DNA of 63,610 nt, filler included, from Sphacelaria rigidula (Eukaryota), in assembly GCA_964200075.2 (NCBI GenBank). It is 7 parts of 7 records of this genome, joined end to end, with 100 filler letters (N's around TTAATTAATTAA, not from the genome) between each part and the next. Parts side by side here need not be neighbours in the genome. Positions count along the whole stretch, not along the records: positions 36,409 to 45,409 come from CAXNAA020009548.1; positions 45,510 to 54,510 come from CAXNAA020009549.1; 5 more parts are not named here. One strand, 5' to 3'. Position numbers and translations under genes: made by a program. Position 1 is the first letter of the stretch. Each line of letters begins with the position of its first letter. Shown one piece after another: positions 37,318 through 49,400 of the stretch. Below the pieces are notes generated by a model that worked only from the letters and a program-made list of their open reading frames with translations, was not told where the DNA came from and did not search any database.

Positions 37318-38535
37318 CGAGCTGGGCCAGCCCAGAGGAGAATTTATAGTTTGCAGGCTCATTCGTCGGCCAATATCTAGAATTGGACCCTAAAATTTGG
37401 TATGGACAATGAATAGGGCATGATAAAAACAAATACCACTGCACACAAGTTTTTTTCATGAATTGAGAGCATTTTACTGATACCTGAAAACTGATTTTTG
37501 CCCTTAACTCATGAGAAAAAAAACTAGTGTGCAGTGGTAGTTCGATTTATTATGCTCTTTTCATTGTTCAAACCAAATCTCAGGGTCCAACTCCACGTAT
37601 TGGCCGACAAATAGGCCATTTACTACCAGGGCCGGTAAAACTTCTCATCAGTATTTTGCAGGCTACTCACCGGCCCACGTTTGGTGTTTGTGTTAATTTG
37701 TGTGGGATCCCGCCAGGGCATAATGGCATAGTGAACAAAAAAGTGGGTCACGTAAATATTATTTCATTTATTTCACTGCTTTAGGGCGTTTTACTATTGT
37801 TATCGACCGTTTTTCACGAGAAGACCGGAATCTCTACAAAAAATAAAAAAAGAAGGCCCATTTTTCTTCCATCCAGCATACCTCTGTGGTTCTCCAGTTC
37901 TCCATGCCGACTTTCGAATCACAATTCAGACGTCAGGTCATCGATGACATTGTTACGTTTTCAACAAACTAAGGCCTCACAGTCGTCAAAAGCTCGGCGT
38001 TGCTTCCTGGTTGTTCTCATTACGAAGGCCCGAGGGGAAGGGGGGTGGAACGACGATAGGACGGAGTAGAGGTCGGTCCTAATCCGATTAGGATCGTGCT
38101 CTACTCCGTTCTGTCGTCCTCCCATCCCCTTCCCCTCGGGCCTTCGTAAAAAAAAAAAAACGACGGAACAACGCCGAGCTATCGACGACTGTGAGGCCTC
38201 AGGTCGTAAAAAACATGACGACGTCATCGAATACCTCACGTCTGACTTTTTGTCATGAGAATAAAAAAAAAACATTTTGTTTGGTTCCATCACCCACTAG
38301 CGGTTCTTCATACGAGATTCCATCACCCACTAGCGATAGCCAGATGAAGTGCAGCAAGGGCCTTTGCTCGTGATATGCTGATTTTAGTATGAGAACTTGT
38401 GTGCGCCATATCTCGAGATGGATAACAAATTAGGTGAAGATGAGGGTATGTTTAGTCTCCCCGTGCTCCAGGGAATGTCCACACCAAAAATTGTCGTCGT
38501 CCGCTCGATGCATCGATCAGGGTTTCAAGCAAATT
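37318..38535 (+). mobile_element. Second, 3'-truncated copy of the CGAGCTGGGCC-TIR element
   Basis: Starts TA|CGAGCTGGGCCAGCC and is colinear with 25721-26790 (e.g. CATTTTACTGATACCTGAAAACTGAT; AATGTCCACACCAAAA). It contains an extra palindrome at 37926-38245. Confidence 0.78.
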
Positions 38536-38717
38536 TCCCTGTGTGTGGGCACAAAATAGAATCGTGTCATCTATGCGGGTTCACGTATTTATGTATTTTT
38601 CTCAGCGTAGGAGCGTCACGATGTGCAGCTCGCTACTGCAGTGGATTCCCCCCCTCCTACACAACCTCAACTCCGCACAATGGGGATGATCATACGACGT
38701 AGTGTTTACATGGTGAG

Positions 38718-39022
38718 ATACCCATGAGGCAGTGTAGAAGCCGTGGCTGTCTCTGGACGTGGCCATGCCAGAATATAAAGCAACTCATTGTAAGCTGTCA
38801 TCCAAATGCAAGATAACCAGTAGGCTTCGGGCCCAACAATCTTAGCAGGACGCAGCTCACACTTCATGCGACTTGCCTACCACACCACGGCGCTTCGCGC
38901 TTGGTGGTTGAGTGCGAGCCTGGCCAGGCGAGAATCAGGCGTGCTTCCTCCCGGCTTTTGTAGGGATGCGAGGTCAATCGTCTCATGACTATGGCGGGCA
39001 TGTTCATGAGTACACCCCCCCC
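38718..39022 (-). repeat. Family A interspersed repeat copy
   Basis: Reverse complement of 12620-12925 and nearly colinear with 63130-63430. Confidence 0.88.
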
Positions 39023-39162
39023 GCCCCTACACACACAAAAAGGGTTGTTTCTGCAGGGTTACCTGGGAACATCTCGCATCTCGACAGTGGGTCTCAATAA
39101 AGAGACTACTGCAACGTGGTGAAAAAATTAGTGTGCCAAAATCAACTTGTTCACACCCTCAC

Positions 39163-42100
39163 CTCCCAGTCGCCCTCATAGCAATCTCCGTTTGCCCAGT
39201 GGTACGTGCCGCAGCCCTGCCTCAGGTCGAGGCAGTACTCCCCCTCGTGACGATCGCCGTTGGCAAACGCTTTCATACCCCAACCATGAGCCTTATCGTC
39301 ATGCCACCTTTTCCCCCGCAATACAGATGACGACCGGCGACATAATAACCCCAAGGAACGATGATTGTTGGGCATGCGAGCACGTATACGCAAAGGTTCG
39401 GAATGGACAACACAGAATAAAGCAATGAGAAGGAGGGTAACAGGTCGGGGGGCGGAAGGGGAGGGAAGGGGGTAAAAAACAACAGACATCAAGGGATTCT
39501 TCGTCTCGGTTGGGATCCCTCTAGTTTTCTCGAACGGATAAAACGAATGGACTCTTCGAGCGTGCTCGACGGAAACATAGAGCTCACCATTACAAACCCT
39601 CTAGGGCCTTCCAAAAACCGTGATACTGCCGTGTATGAAACACGGCACACGCTCCGGGCTGTCCTTCCTCTCGAAGAGGTCTCCTTTTCGAATAAAACTC
39701 TCAAGCGTTGCTATTGCACAGCTTTCCACTGACAAGCATGGGAAGCTACCTTCCAACACCCCACGTACCCTCGAAAATAGCCCGCGCTTCGACAGTCGAT
39801 ATGAAGAGACCGCAACTACTCCGAAAAACCAGCTACTGCAAAATACCCCAAATGAAGGGGCACGAAGGGGCCGATACAATGTACCCCACCAGACCATCGT
39901 GTACCCTTTTACTGAAGTAGGCATCTGTTACATCGTCAAGATGACGTAAAAAAGGACTAGTGATACTAGGATCACCCTGGCGGTCAAAGACCGAAATAAG
40001 ACTCCCTCTAGCGCACACTCACTCTCCGTCGTACACGTCTCCGTTGGCCATGTACTTGACCCCCTTCCCGGACATGCGGCCCTCCCCCCAGTAGCCTTCG
40101 TAACGGTCCCCGCTGTCCCAGGTGTAGCACCCGTACCCGTGTCGCTTGTCTTCATGGTACTCGCCCTCGTGTCGGTCACCACACGCGAACACCTGGGGAT
40201 GACGTAATAGGCCGGGACAGCACTCACATAAGTTGTAATATGACACATGCGGCGGGAACGAGGATGAACATTCATATGCTGGAATTTACTGAATAGATTT
40301 TTCATGTTCCTCAGTTTCGTTCTCCTCGGGTACGTGCATCAAGAGACCACGACTGGACCCCTGGGGGGTCAGTTACAGTGCAACAATCAAAAAGAGACGT
40401 CAATTGCACTGGCTGGCTTGAGTCGGGGGTGCAAAGCGATCTTATCTTGAATTTTCCTTCGCGTATGCTTGATTCGGTCAGGCCGTACCTCGGCACATCG
40501 TTGTTCGATCACAAAACGTGACGTGGAAGATAATTCTGTTGAGTCGTATTTCCTGTTGACGTCATCAGTGTTGGGATAACGACCTATTACATCATAATAG
40601 TCCTTTTCCACCGCTCAATTCGATCGGAAAACAACTATCAGTAACACAGACACTCCACGTACCACGTGAAAAAAAAAAAAAAAGCAGCCAACAGACATGA
40701 ACACGAGGTACAAACAACATAGAACCAAATGCCGGATTACATCACACGTATCTCCAAAGTCCACGAATCGAGGATAACGAAAAACTGTCACAACGATATG
40801 AAGACGCACAGCGCCCTATTGTTCAAATTGATACATCAAGAATTGTCCCCATCCTCCATCCCCTTCCCCAGAATACTCCGTCTCGGAAGGGATGCGTGGT
40901 CAATGGTCAAACGGCCAAGGCAAGCAGCAAACGAGTACCCCCCTAACCCTCCGATCCCTAGAAACGAACGCCTCATGTACCGCTGACCTTGACGCCATTG
41001 CCCTCGGCTTTGTCATTTTCCCAGGTGCCATTGTACACGTCACCGTTGGCCATGACCTTCACGCCCTTGCCATGCATGCGACCGTTGCGCCACTCTCCCT
41101 CATAACGGTCCCCGTTCACCCTGGGATAGAATCAAGCGGTCCGAAACCGAGGATGTCACAACCGAAATCCTCATCAAGATATACTGCCGTCAGGGCGATC
41201 GTGTTCTCTTCGACACAGTTCTGGGCTGTTTCGATAACACGTTTCCAATCGTTGACGACCCATCTTCGTCCCTTCTCTCCATGCGAGTACACTTGATATT
41301 ACACCACACCATTTTCAAACAAAAATGTTTCGAACGACGCATATATTAGGCCAACTCTTATGGGAGCGTTTGAAATTCTATTTTACAACAATTTCAGAGG
41401 AGTTTCCTTCTTATCATCATGGTGATCGGGCACAAAATACACAACTACGGCAAAGAAAGAAAAACCTCGTTGAAAATTATTGCAAAATAAAATCCTAAAC
41501 GCTCCCAGAAGAGTTGGCCTGAGCAAGGATTTCTCTTTCCTCTCCAACGCACTCTTCACTTCATTTCGTTTGGCCGTGACATACCCTTCACACATAGTTG
41601 CGCCCGTCGCACGCTGTTTCCGATGGGAAAACTGCGGTGGAAAAGTAACCCTAACTCCGGGCGATTCATATTTGGGGTTGTTTCCAGCTCCTTCTGAGGC
41701 AATCAAGCAATAAAAAGGTCCATACCGGGGGCAAAGTACGCTTGTACCTCATTTCTCGGAAATTTGAAAAATTCACCACGAAATTAGAGGAGAGGAGCCG
41801 TGCATCGTAGTTTTCGCATCACCATCATCCCAGCCGCCCAACCCAGGTTGTCTACATGAAAATGATCGGACAGCCGCCACTACCGTTGAATAAACGTGAT
41901 TTCGATTCCCGCGAAATACATTGTTGTTTTGTTTCTTCATATTTTTGCATGAATATTTGTACTAAAACCATCGGGTACATCAAGAGCTGTCGAAGCATAC
42001 GGATAGCGATCTCTACATCACAAGGGATGTGTTTTCCTCGTGATATGTCGCCGCAGTGCTCGAGACATGTTGGGTGGGAGGCTCTTCGCGTTGTATGCCG

Positions 42101-45100
42101 CCCCAGCTCGTACGTGTTCCCCCTCAAAGTCGTGTGCAAGATATCAAGCGTTCAAGTATGAAGAACTGACAATCTAATTATTGTAGAAGTAAGACAAAAA
42201 CATAACTCAATTCCTCATATTTGACCAACGACGAATCGATCTCCTGAAGGCGGATTGGGGAGGGAAGGTCACACATATCACATACCACATATATATCCCA
42301 AAACCGCAGCGCTTGTCTTCTTTGTAGCATCCCTCGTGGAGGTCGCCACAGCGGAACTGCTTCTTGCCCCAGCCGTCCGCCATTCCCCCTTTCCAGGCGC
42401 CTTGAAATGAAACACACAACATGGTTACAGCACAGCAAACTTGAGGCGAAAGTCATCAGCCATAACCCTTCCAACCACGACGGACGCAGCTCGACCCCCC
42501 ATTCATACACACGTATCGCTCCACATCTCTTCTTGATATCACCACTTGTGTAGTCAAGAGCCCCAGATGTCCGCGACTAGTCAAGGTTCAAGCACAAGCA
42601 TAATGCCGCGGAAGCTCATCACTTTTCATTTAGTGCATGGAGCCACTCGCGCTGTGCCTCTTGCACCCCCACCCGCGCACGCGGAACTCAGAGGGTTGAC
42701 GGTAAAGGATCCATGGACAACATTTCCACCGTCCTGTTTCCTGCAGCACTATGTACCCACTCATCATTGTGCGACATAACCTGTTTTATACAATGCTGCG
42801 CATATCTCCCTGTTCGTCTTCTTTTCTTGTCCCTGCCCTCCACCCCGCCCGCCTGCGCTCACCTTCGTAAACATCCCCGTTACCCATCTTCTTGACACCG
42901 TGACCGTGCATTTTTCCGGCCCTCCAGTCACCATCGTACATGTCGCCTTTGCTCCACATGAACATGCCCTTCCCGTGCATCATGCCGTCTTTCCACTCGC
43001 CCTTATAGCGGTCCCTGGCGCAGGCACAAAAAAGACGAAAATATGTGGGGGACAAGAGAGATGGAAAAAGACGCGGGAGGCATGAATTGTAAAATACACA
43101 GGACGAGAGTGCAGAATGTTGTGAATGCAAAATATTGTGGCGTATGTGTTTGACTATTTTTCAGTTCTCATCAGTCATGATACGTTATGCTCCACCATGG
43201 CCGGCGTGCGCTCCTGAGACGGAAAAGTGAACACAAGACAGGCGCTGGCGAATATGCATCACCTCACAACCCCACCGTGTGGCATATTCCATCCTACACT
43301 AATTCAACACTTCCAGAAATGCCAAAAAGACTCATGAGAAGTAGATTTCATCACTTGATCCACTAGATTTTCCGCGAAATCGTGTTGAATGTTTCGGGTG
43401 TGAAAACCGATATTTGGATCTTTAATGGGACTGACAACCCCGAGTGCTCCTGGCGTGCGAAGAACGCTCTTGTTACAGAATCGGCGACGACGCTAACTTC
43501 AGGTCCGCAAACGCCACACTTCACTTTGCACCCCCCTCTCCCGACGGTTCCCGGTTTGACTTGGGTTGGGTTTCTAGAGCCAGGATTAGGGTTGGCTTTG
43601 GTGAAATATCAGATATTTTCGAGAAATTTCTTTGAAGCGGCAATCGACGAAGTGGTGAACCGGCCTCCTCGTCAACGCACGCAAGCTTCCCGGGACTTCC
43701 ACGGCACCAGCACTTGAAATTGTCAACAACACTAGGGCCACAGGCCTTTCATACTACTCGGTCCAGTGCCGGTGGCACTCAGTACGGCACTGAGAACTCG
43801 GGAATGTACTCCAAAGTATCTTGGGGCACTTGGACTAATTGCTCCTCCAAATATTCAAGTATTGAAGGGTATCTCGAGTATCTGCCTCCCATTAATATTG
43901 GGTCCGGTATTGTACGTACAAGATGCTGTACCGAGTACCCCAGATGACTGGGGTCGACCCGTTCAGGACACCGGATGCCAAGAGTTTTAGTCTGTCGGCA
44001 GAAGGACTGTATACTTCAATCCACCTCTCTGTATCACGTACCGATAACATAATCAAACTTCAAGAGGAATAGATTTACTAGTGACACATTAAAAATGAAA
44101 TAATCACTTCAGAACAAGTGCAAGAAAAGTATTCGAAAGAGCTGTCGGAATATTTACCCGTTCGCCCAGAAGTACGTTCCAAAACCATTCCGCTTGTCGT
44201 TGGAATAGTATCCCTCGTGCCGGTCCCCCTTCGCGAACACCTTCACGCCGTACCCTTCGGCGCGGTCGTTCCGCCATTGACCCTCATAGCGATTACTGTT
44301 CTTGTCAATGTAAACTCCATCTCCCTGCAACACATGCATGGCAAAGATGAACATGTATGGTAGGATATGGATCGGGGGGAAAGTCATCTCCGCTCAAGAG
44401 CAGGGCTTTAAAACTCACGGTGAAGACGGGGGTATTGGAGCAAGATGTACTGACCCATTTCAGAACGCTTCCTCCACGCTGCTCCTGCTGTATATTTGTG
44501 TTCGCCGACGCTGAGTTAACTTTTTCTCGCAAGTAAGCAGCCACTCCCCACCCGATTACTTACAAAACATCACGTCAACGGAAAAGTATTGGCCGTTTGT
44601 CTCGAGGTCTATCACGAACAGGAGGGGATACCCCGAACAAAAATGACAACCTGCGAGACATCCGCATGAAAAAGAAGAAAACAAATCACAACAGGTATCA
44701 GGGCTCTGCTGCTGCACATACACCGTAGCTATACTCCATACAGTGAACCATACCAACGACCGAACACGAAAAAATGGGTGTAAGTACTAGGAAAAGGGTG
44801 GAGAAAGTCCAGCATAAAAAGGATACAGGACGAGCTTCTTGACCAGTAAATAGAGAATCCGACTACAAAACATTGGGACCATGGTATTTGAAACAACAGA
44901 ACGCCACGGTCTTCATCACATGACCGACCTTACACGCACCCCTGCCACGTCGCGAACCTACTATACCGCTCCAGATGCACGCGTCTCGGGAATTACACCC
45001 GGGTAATACTTCGAAGATCACCTTGCGAGAGTTCTTGAATCGATGTGAACGTATCGTTTCCTCCGCCATCCGCTACTTCATACCATGTGTGTCACCCGCT

Positions 45101-45301
45101 GTCATAGTCGGAAAATCTCACCTCACGCTTATCATCCACCATGTCGCCTTCATACACCGTCCCAGACGGATAAACAAATCTTCTCCACCCCTCCCCGACC
45201 CCTGACCCGCCCCCCCCACCCCCCGCGGCACTACCCCCCCCACGTCTACCCCCACCACCACCACTCCCAGGGAGCCCAAGGCTATACGCCGTGCCTGACA
45301 C
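39163..45301 (-). CDS. MORN repeat-containing protein (at least 13 MORN repeats), partial, 7 exons
   Basis: Exons (minus): ~45301-45122 (start uncertain, Gly-rich, runs toward the contig end), 44324-44158, 43014-42863, 42400-42286, 41120-40988, 40192-40023 and 39307-39163. All are GT-AG with matching phases. The protein is tandem 23-aa (Y/H)EGxWxxGxxxGxGxxxxxNGD units. Confidence 0.92.
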
Positions 45302-45340
45302 GGGAACCCCATCCCCATCGTGACGCTCCCGCCCCGAGCT

Positions 45341-45389
<49 letters not shown>

Positions 45390-45574
45390 CCCCCCCCCCC
45401 CCTTTCCCCNNNNNNNNNNNNNNNNNNNNNNNNNNNNNNNNNNNNNNNNNNNNTTAATTAATTAANNNNNNNNNNNNNNNNNNNNNNNNNNNNNNNNNNN
45501 NNNNNNNNNTTAAAGCGAATGATCAAAGCCACTCTCAATCGTATCATCTACTCTCAAGCTCACGAAAACACTGT

Positions 45575-45619
<45 letters not shown>

Positions 45620-46228
45620 TTGTTGTCATCACATGAACAGCCGTTCCGATATCTGCGCAGCACTCCTCACCCCAGTACTGAGAATCTAATGCGGACGCCT
45701 TCTGTAGTCACAGGCTAAGCACCCCAAATAAGGTGTGATGAGATCAATCAAGAATACAAGAGGACCCAGAGAATTTAACACAGCCGCGATGCCATAAAAA
45801 AAACTCTACTAAAGCCATGAATTCCGGTGCCGCTGGTAACCAGTCGGACTACTGGAGGCAGAGCCGACACACGAAGCCACATTGAAATAGAGCCAAACTC
45901 AAGAACCATGGATCACTAACCATAGCGACAAGGATCGCATGGTTCTATCCTTCTACCTCCACGAGGCCGTGGTGTATTACCCGCCGGGGATAGCCCATGA
46001 AGAGGTCCACTTCCTGCAGAAAAGCACGTAATATATGTCGTGAATCGGTTCCCGAGAGTGGATGTTGACCACTAGGCTCCTGAACAGTGGACGCGTGTGC
46101 TCACTACAGCAGGTGCGGTCCGCTAGGGAGGATTTTACGACCCTAGACACCAGTGTTCCCTGGCTAAAACATCCTGCTTCTGGTGTGATGTCGCGGCGCA
46201 ACCCGATTTCATATACTTGGACGAGTAC

Positions 46229-46477
46229 GGAGTCATGCTACGATAGGGGGGGGGGATTTTGGGCCGCTTTCTTCCACGAAAGTTCACTTCATTCGTCGTT
46301 AAAAGTAGCCAACGATTGTTCGAACGCGCTTGCTCTCGATAAATAGCGCTCATTCATACTGCTTGACACCGCTTTTACCCAATTTCAAGCGCACCACAAG
46401 CGTCTTAGGTCGTTTGACGCACCGACGAGCCCATTTTTTGGTAGAATCAACCCCCCCCCCCTATCGTAGCACGACTC
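46229..46477. mobile_element. Short MITE-like element with TGCTACGATAGGGGGGGGG termini
   Basis: GAGTCATGCTACGATAGGGGGGGGG ... CCCCCCCCCTATCGTAGCACGACTC. A similar inverted pair (CTTTCTACGATAGCCCCCCCC / GGGGGGGGCTATCGTAGAAAG) lies at ~31302-31541. Confidence 0.6.
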
Positions 46478-49400
46478 TACGGTGTAAGCAACACGTTCGT
46501 GAGATCAGGGACGAACTGTCGTTTTCCTAACGAGACCGAAATCGATTTGGGGCATACGGCCGGCAACCAATTTCAGGCACGTAACTTGAAGACGTGCCTG
46601 AATCACGAGAGCCCCGGGTGTCTGCAGGTAGATGTGCCCCACATCATCCCTACCCCCCTGCAACATGCACAATGACCTGCAGAGGTCGGGATCCCCAGAT
46701 ACTGTCATGGGGTATGCCTATACACCCTGAGCACTCGCCAGATATTCAAAAAAAGCTGTGATATGTCGACGACTCTTCGCGGGAGAGCTTTCACAAGACA
46801 TTTGAAACTTCATTTCACCCACGATCTCACTTACGAATACTCGCGGCTTATCGATGTAGAACGGATAAAACCTCGAAACAATGCGATATCAAATGGCTAC
46901 AAATCTACTCTGAGATAACGTTTTCAAGGGTCGGACAAATCATTGATTCGTCTGGAAATGTCTTGGTTTTAGTATGATTGATTCGAATCGTACGAATCAA
47001 TCCCTAGGCTTTGTTTTCAGCATTACAACCCAGGTATATGCAACCCAGACACGTGGAATGGCGTAAAAGTTGCGTGGATACCCCTTGGACCAGCGGTCAC
47101 CTTTTTTCTCCCTTTCGGGCAATCAGGCCGGAGAAATTGTGAATTTGGTGATTCGAACTCGTGATGATGCGTCCTAACCGTGAACGTTTTCCCCCTCGTG
47201 TTCGATCGGTCGCCGGCGATCTTGCGTGGTTCAGTTATTACATTGAACTGTTCAGGCTTGAAAGTTCAATACTCGTTTTTTTACAATTGATTTCGACATA
47301 CGATGGTCTGTTCGATTATTCGTTAGCTGATAGCGATCACTTCGGAGATCGAAACAGACCTAAGGTATATTATCACGGATTAATTGAAATCACGGATTCC
47401 CACGGTCAGTACGATACAGTAGAGTACAGCACAGTAAAAGTGCAGTATAGAGGACACCGCAAGTGTACGAGGCAGTATTATTACTTCTGTAACTTAGACG
47501 GGCGTGCGAGGTGAGCATCCGAGCACAGAGTGTATTCCTCCATGAGGTTGTTTAACCGAAGGATCACCGGACAGCTCCTGGCGTGTTCGAGGTATCAAAA
47601 TACCAAAATATCGGGTATACAGTACCCCACCGAGGTTAGTTCACCACCTGGTAAGGGTGAGAACTTTCTCGGAATTTTGTTGCTTCGAATAACTCTGACC
47701 TTAATTTGAGCCTCATCCTCACACCAACGAAGGAATACCGAGAACCCTCGGGCGAAGTGGGTGCAAAGTGCTCCCTAGGCAAAGTGTGCGTTGCCGGACG
47801 TCAGATCTGCGCCACAGGCGGCGATTCAGACAAAAGCGCGTTCTGCGCACGCTAGGAGCACGCTGGGAGCACAGCCCCTATTACAGATCCGGATTACGGT
47901 GTCCACATTAAAACCAAGTCGGACGAACAAACCCCTACTAAGTTGTAAGCGCTACTGATCCGATCTGCCCTTTAACGATGATTGTATATGAAGATCTCGA
48001 GCTCTGCAGGTCATTGTGTATATTGGAGGGGGGTGCGGATGATTCGGGGCACATCCATCTGCAGACGCTCAGGGCTGTTCTGGTCGTACAGGATATCTTG
48101 TGCTAGCAGCCTCCCCCCTTGTGCCCCACGCCCCAACGCTGACTGATGACAGGATACAGAGGCCTCTACAGTAGTGTAGGATACAACGAGAGATAAAGTT
48201 ACCATCTCTCTCTCTCTCTCTCTCTCTCTCGTGGTTTGGCACCGCCGCTACTCCCAATCGCCGTTGGGACAAGATCATATCTCCCTCTTCTGTTCGCAAG
48301 CTTTCAACGAAAACAAAACGCACACGTCTTCAAGTTACCTGCCTGAAATTGATCGCCAGCCGTACGCCCCAAACCGATTCCGGACCTGTTCCGAAGACGA
48401 CAGTTCGTTGCTGATCTCACGAACATGTTCTTGGTGAAAATTGATGGCAGAGGGCTGATGCAGCTTAAACACCGAGTCCCATTTTTGTGCAAGACTGATA
48501 GTCGATGCAGACCCATCAAACGGTGAATATATCTAGTCGATCCTTCAAAGCTCCCTGACTGTGCTGCGATCGGTCCCACATTTGCTCTTCCGCGTTTGCT
48601 CAAGTAAACACGGGGTCCTGAAAAATGGAGACGTATTCCTTTGTGCGAACGAAAAAAGAGAAGAGTGCTCGGAATTGTGCAAAATGATACCCTCCTCAGG
48701 CACCGAGGAGACTGCAGGCACCCGAAAGGTTGGAAGAACCGAGCCCAGAGGTTGTGGTGCCACTTTGATAATGAAATGTGGATCGTTTGTCTTTGTCCCA
48801 AGGCGTTTCACGTTCGGACCTACTGAGCGTTTTTTTTCGTCTGGCCCAAAAAGCGAAAAATTATTTTCCCTGAAATTTCAGAACACCCACAGCTCTTGGC
48901 GGACCATTGTGCATTTTTTCCTTCGTTGGGGAAGTGATGACTTCGACGAAGGTTTGAGAATATTTTCCTGAATATCCTGTCGGCAAGTTGTTTGGTGCCT
49001 TTGGTGTGTTGGATGTTGGGGATATTTTCCCGTTCGTCGTCCGTCAGCATTGGGCATACTTCGAAGTATACCATTTCGCACAATTCCGAGCACCATTTCA
49101 TCATGAATGGAGTCATCCGAATAGACTTCGTTCCTTATTTCCTTGTTTGTGTTTCATCAGGCGAGATGCCTTTCGACGAGCCAATCGATGAATACACATT
49201 CCAGACAGAGTACTGTCCACCCTAGTGGAGGACGACGGCCCGGACATGGTCACCGCGGTTATATTGTGTTTGTTGTTTTTGTTGTTTTCGTTGTTTGCAG
49301 ACGATCAGCGGTCAACTCCTCACTTCCAAGCCTCATGCTTGTGTTAGGAAAGGCAAAATCGATGTCATGACTGACGTAACCGGTCGATCGAGGTCTTCGT

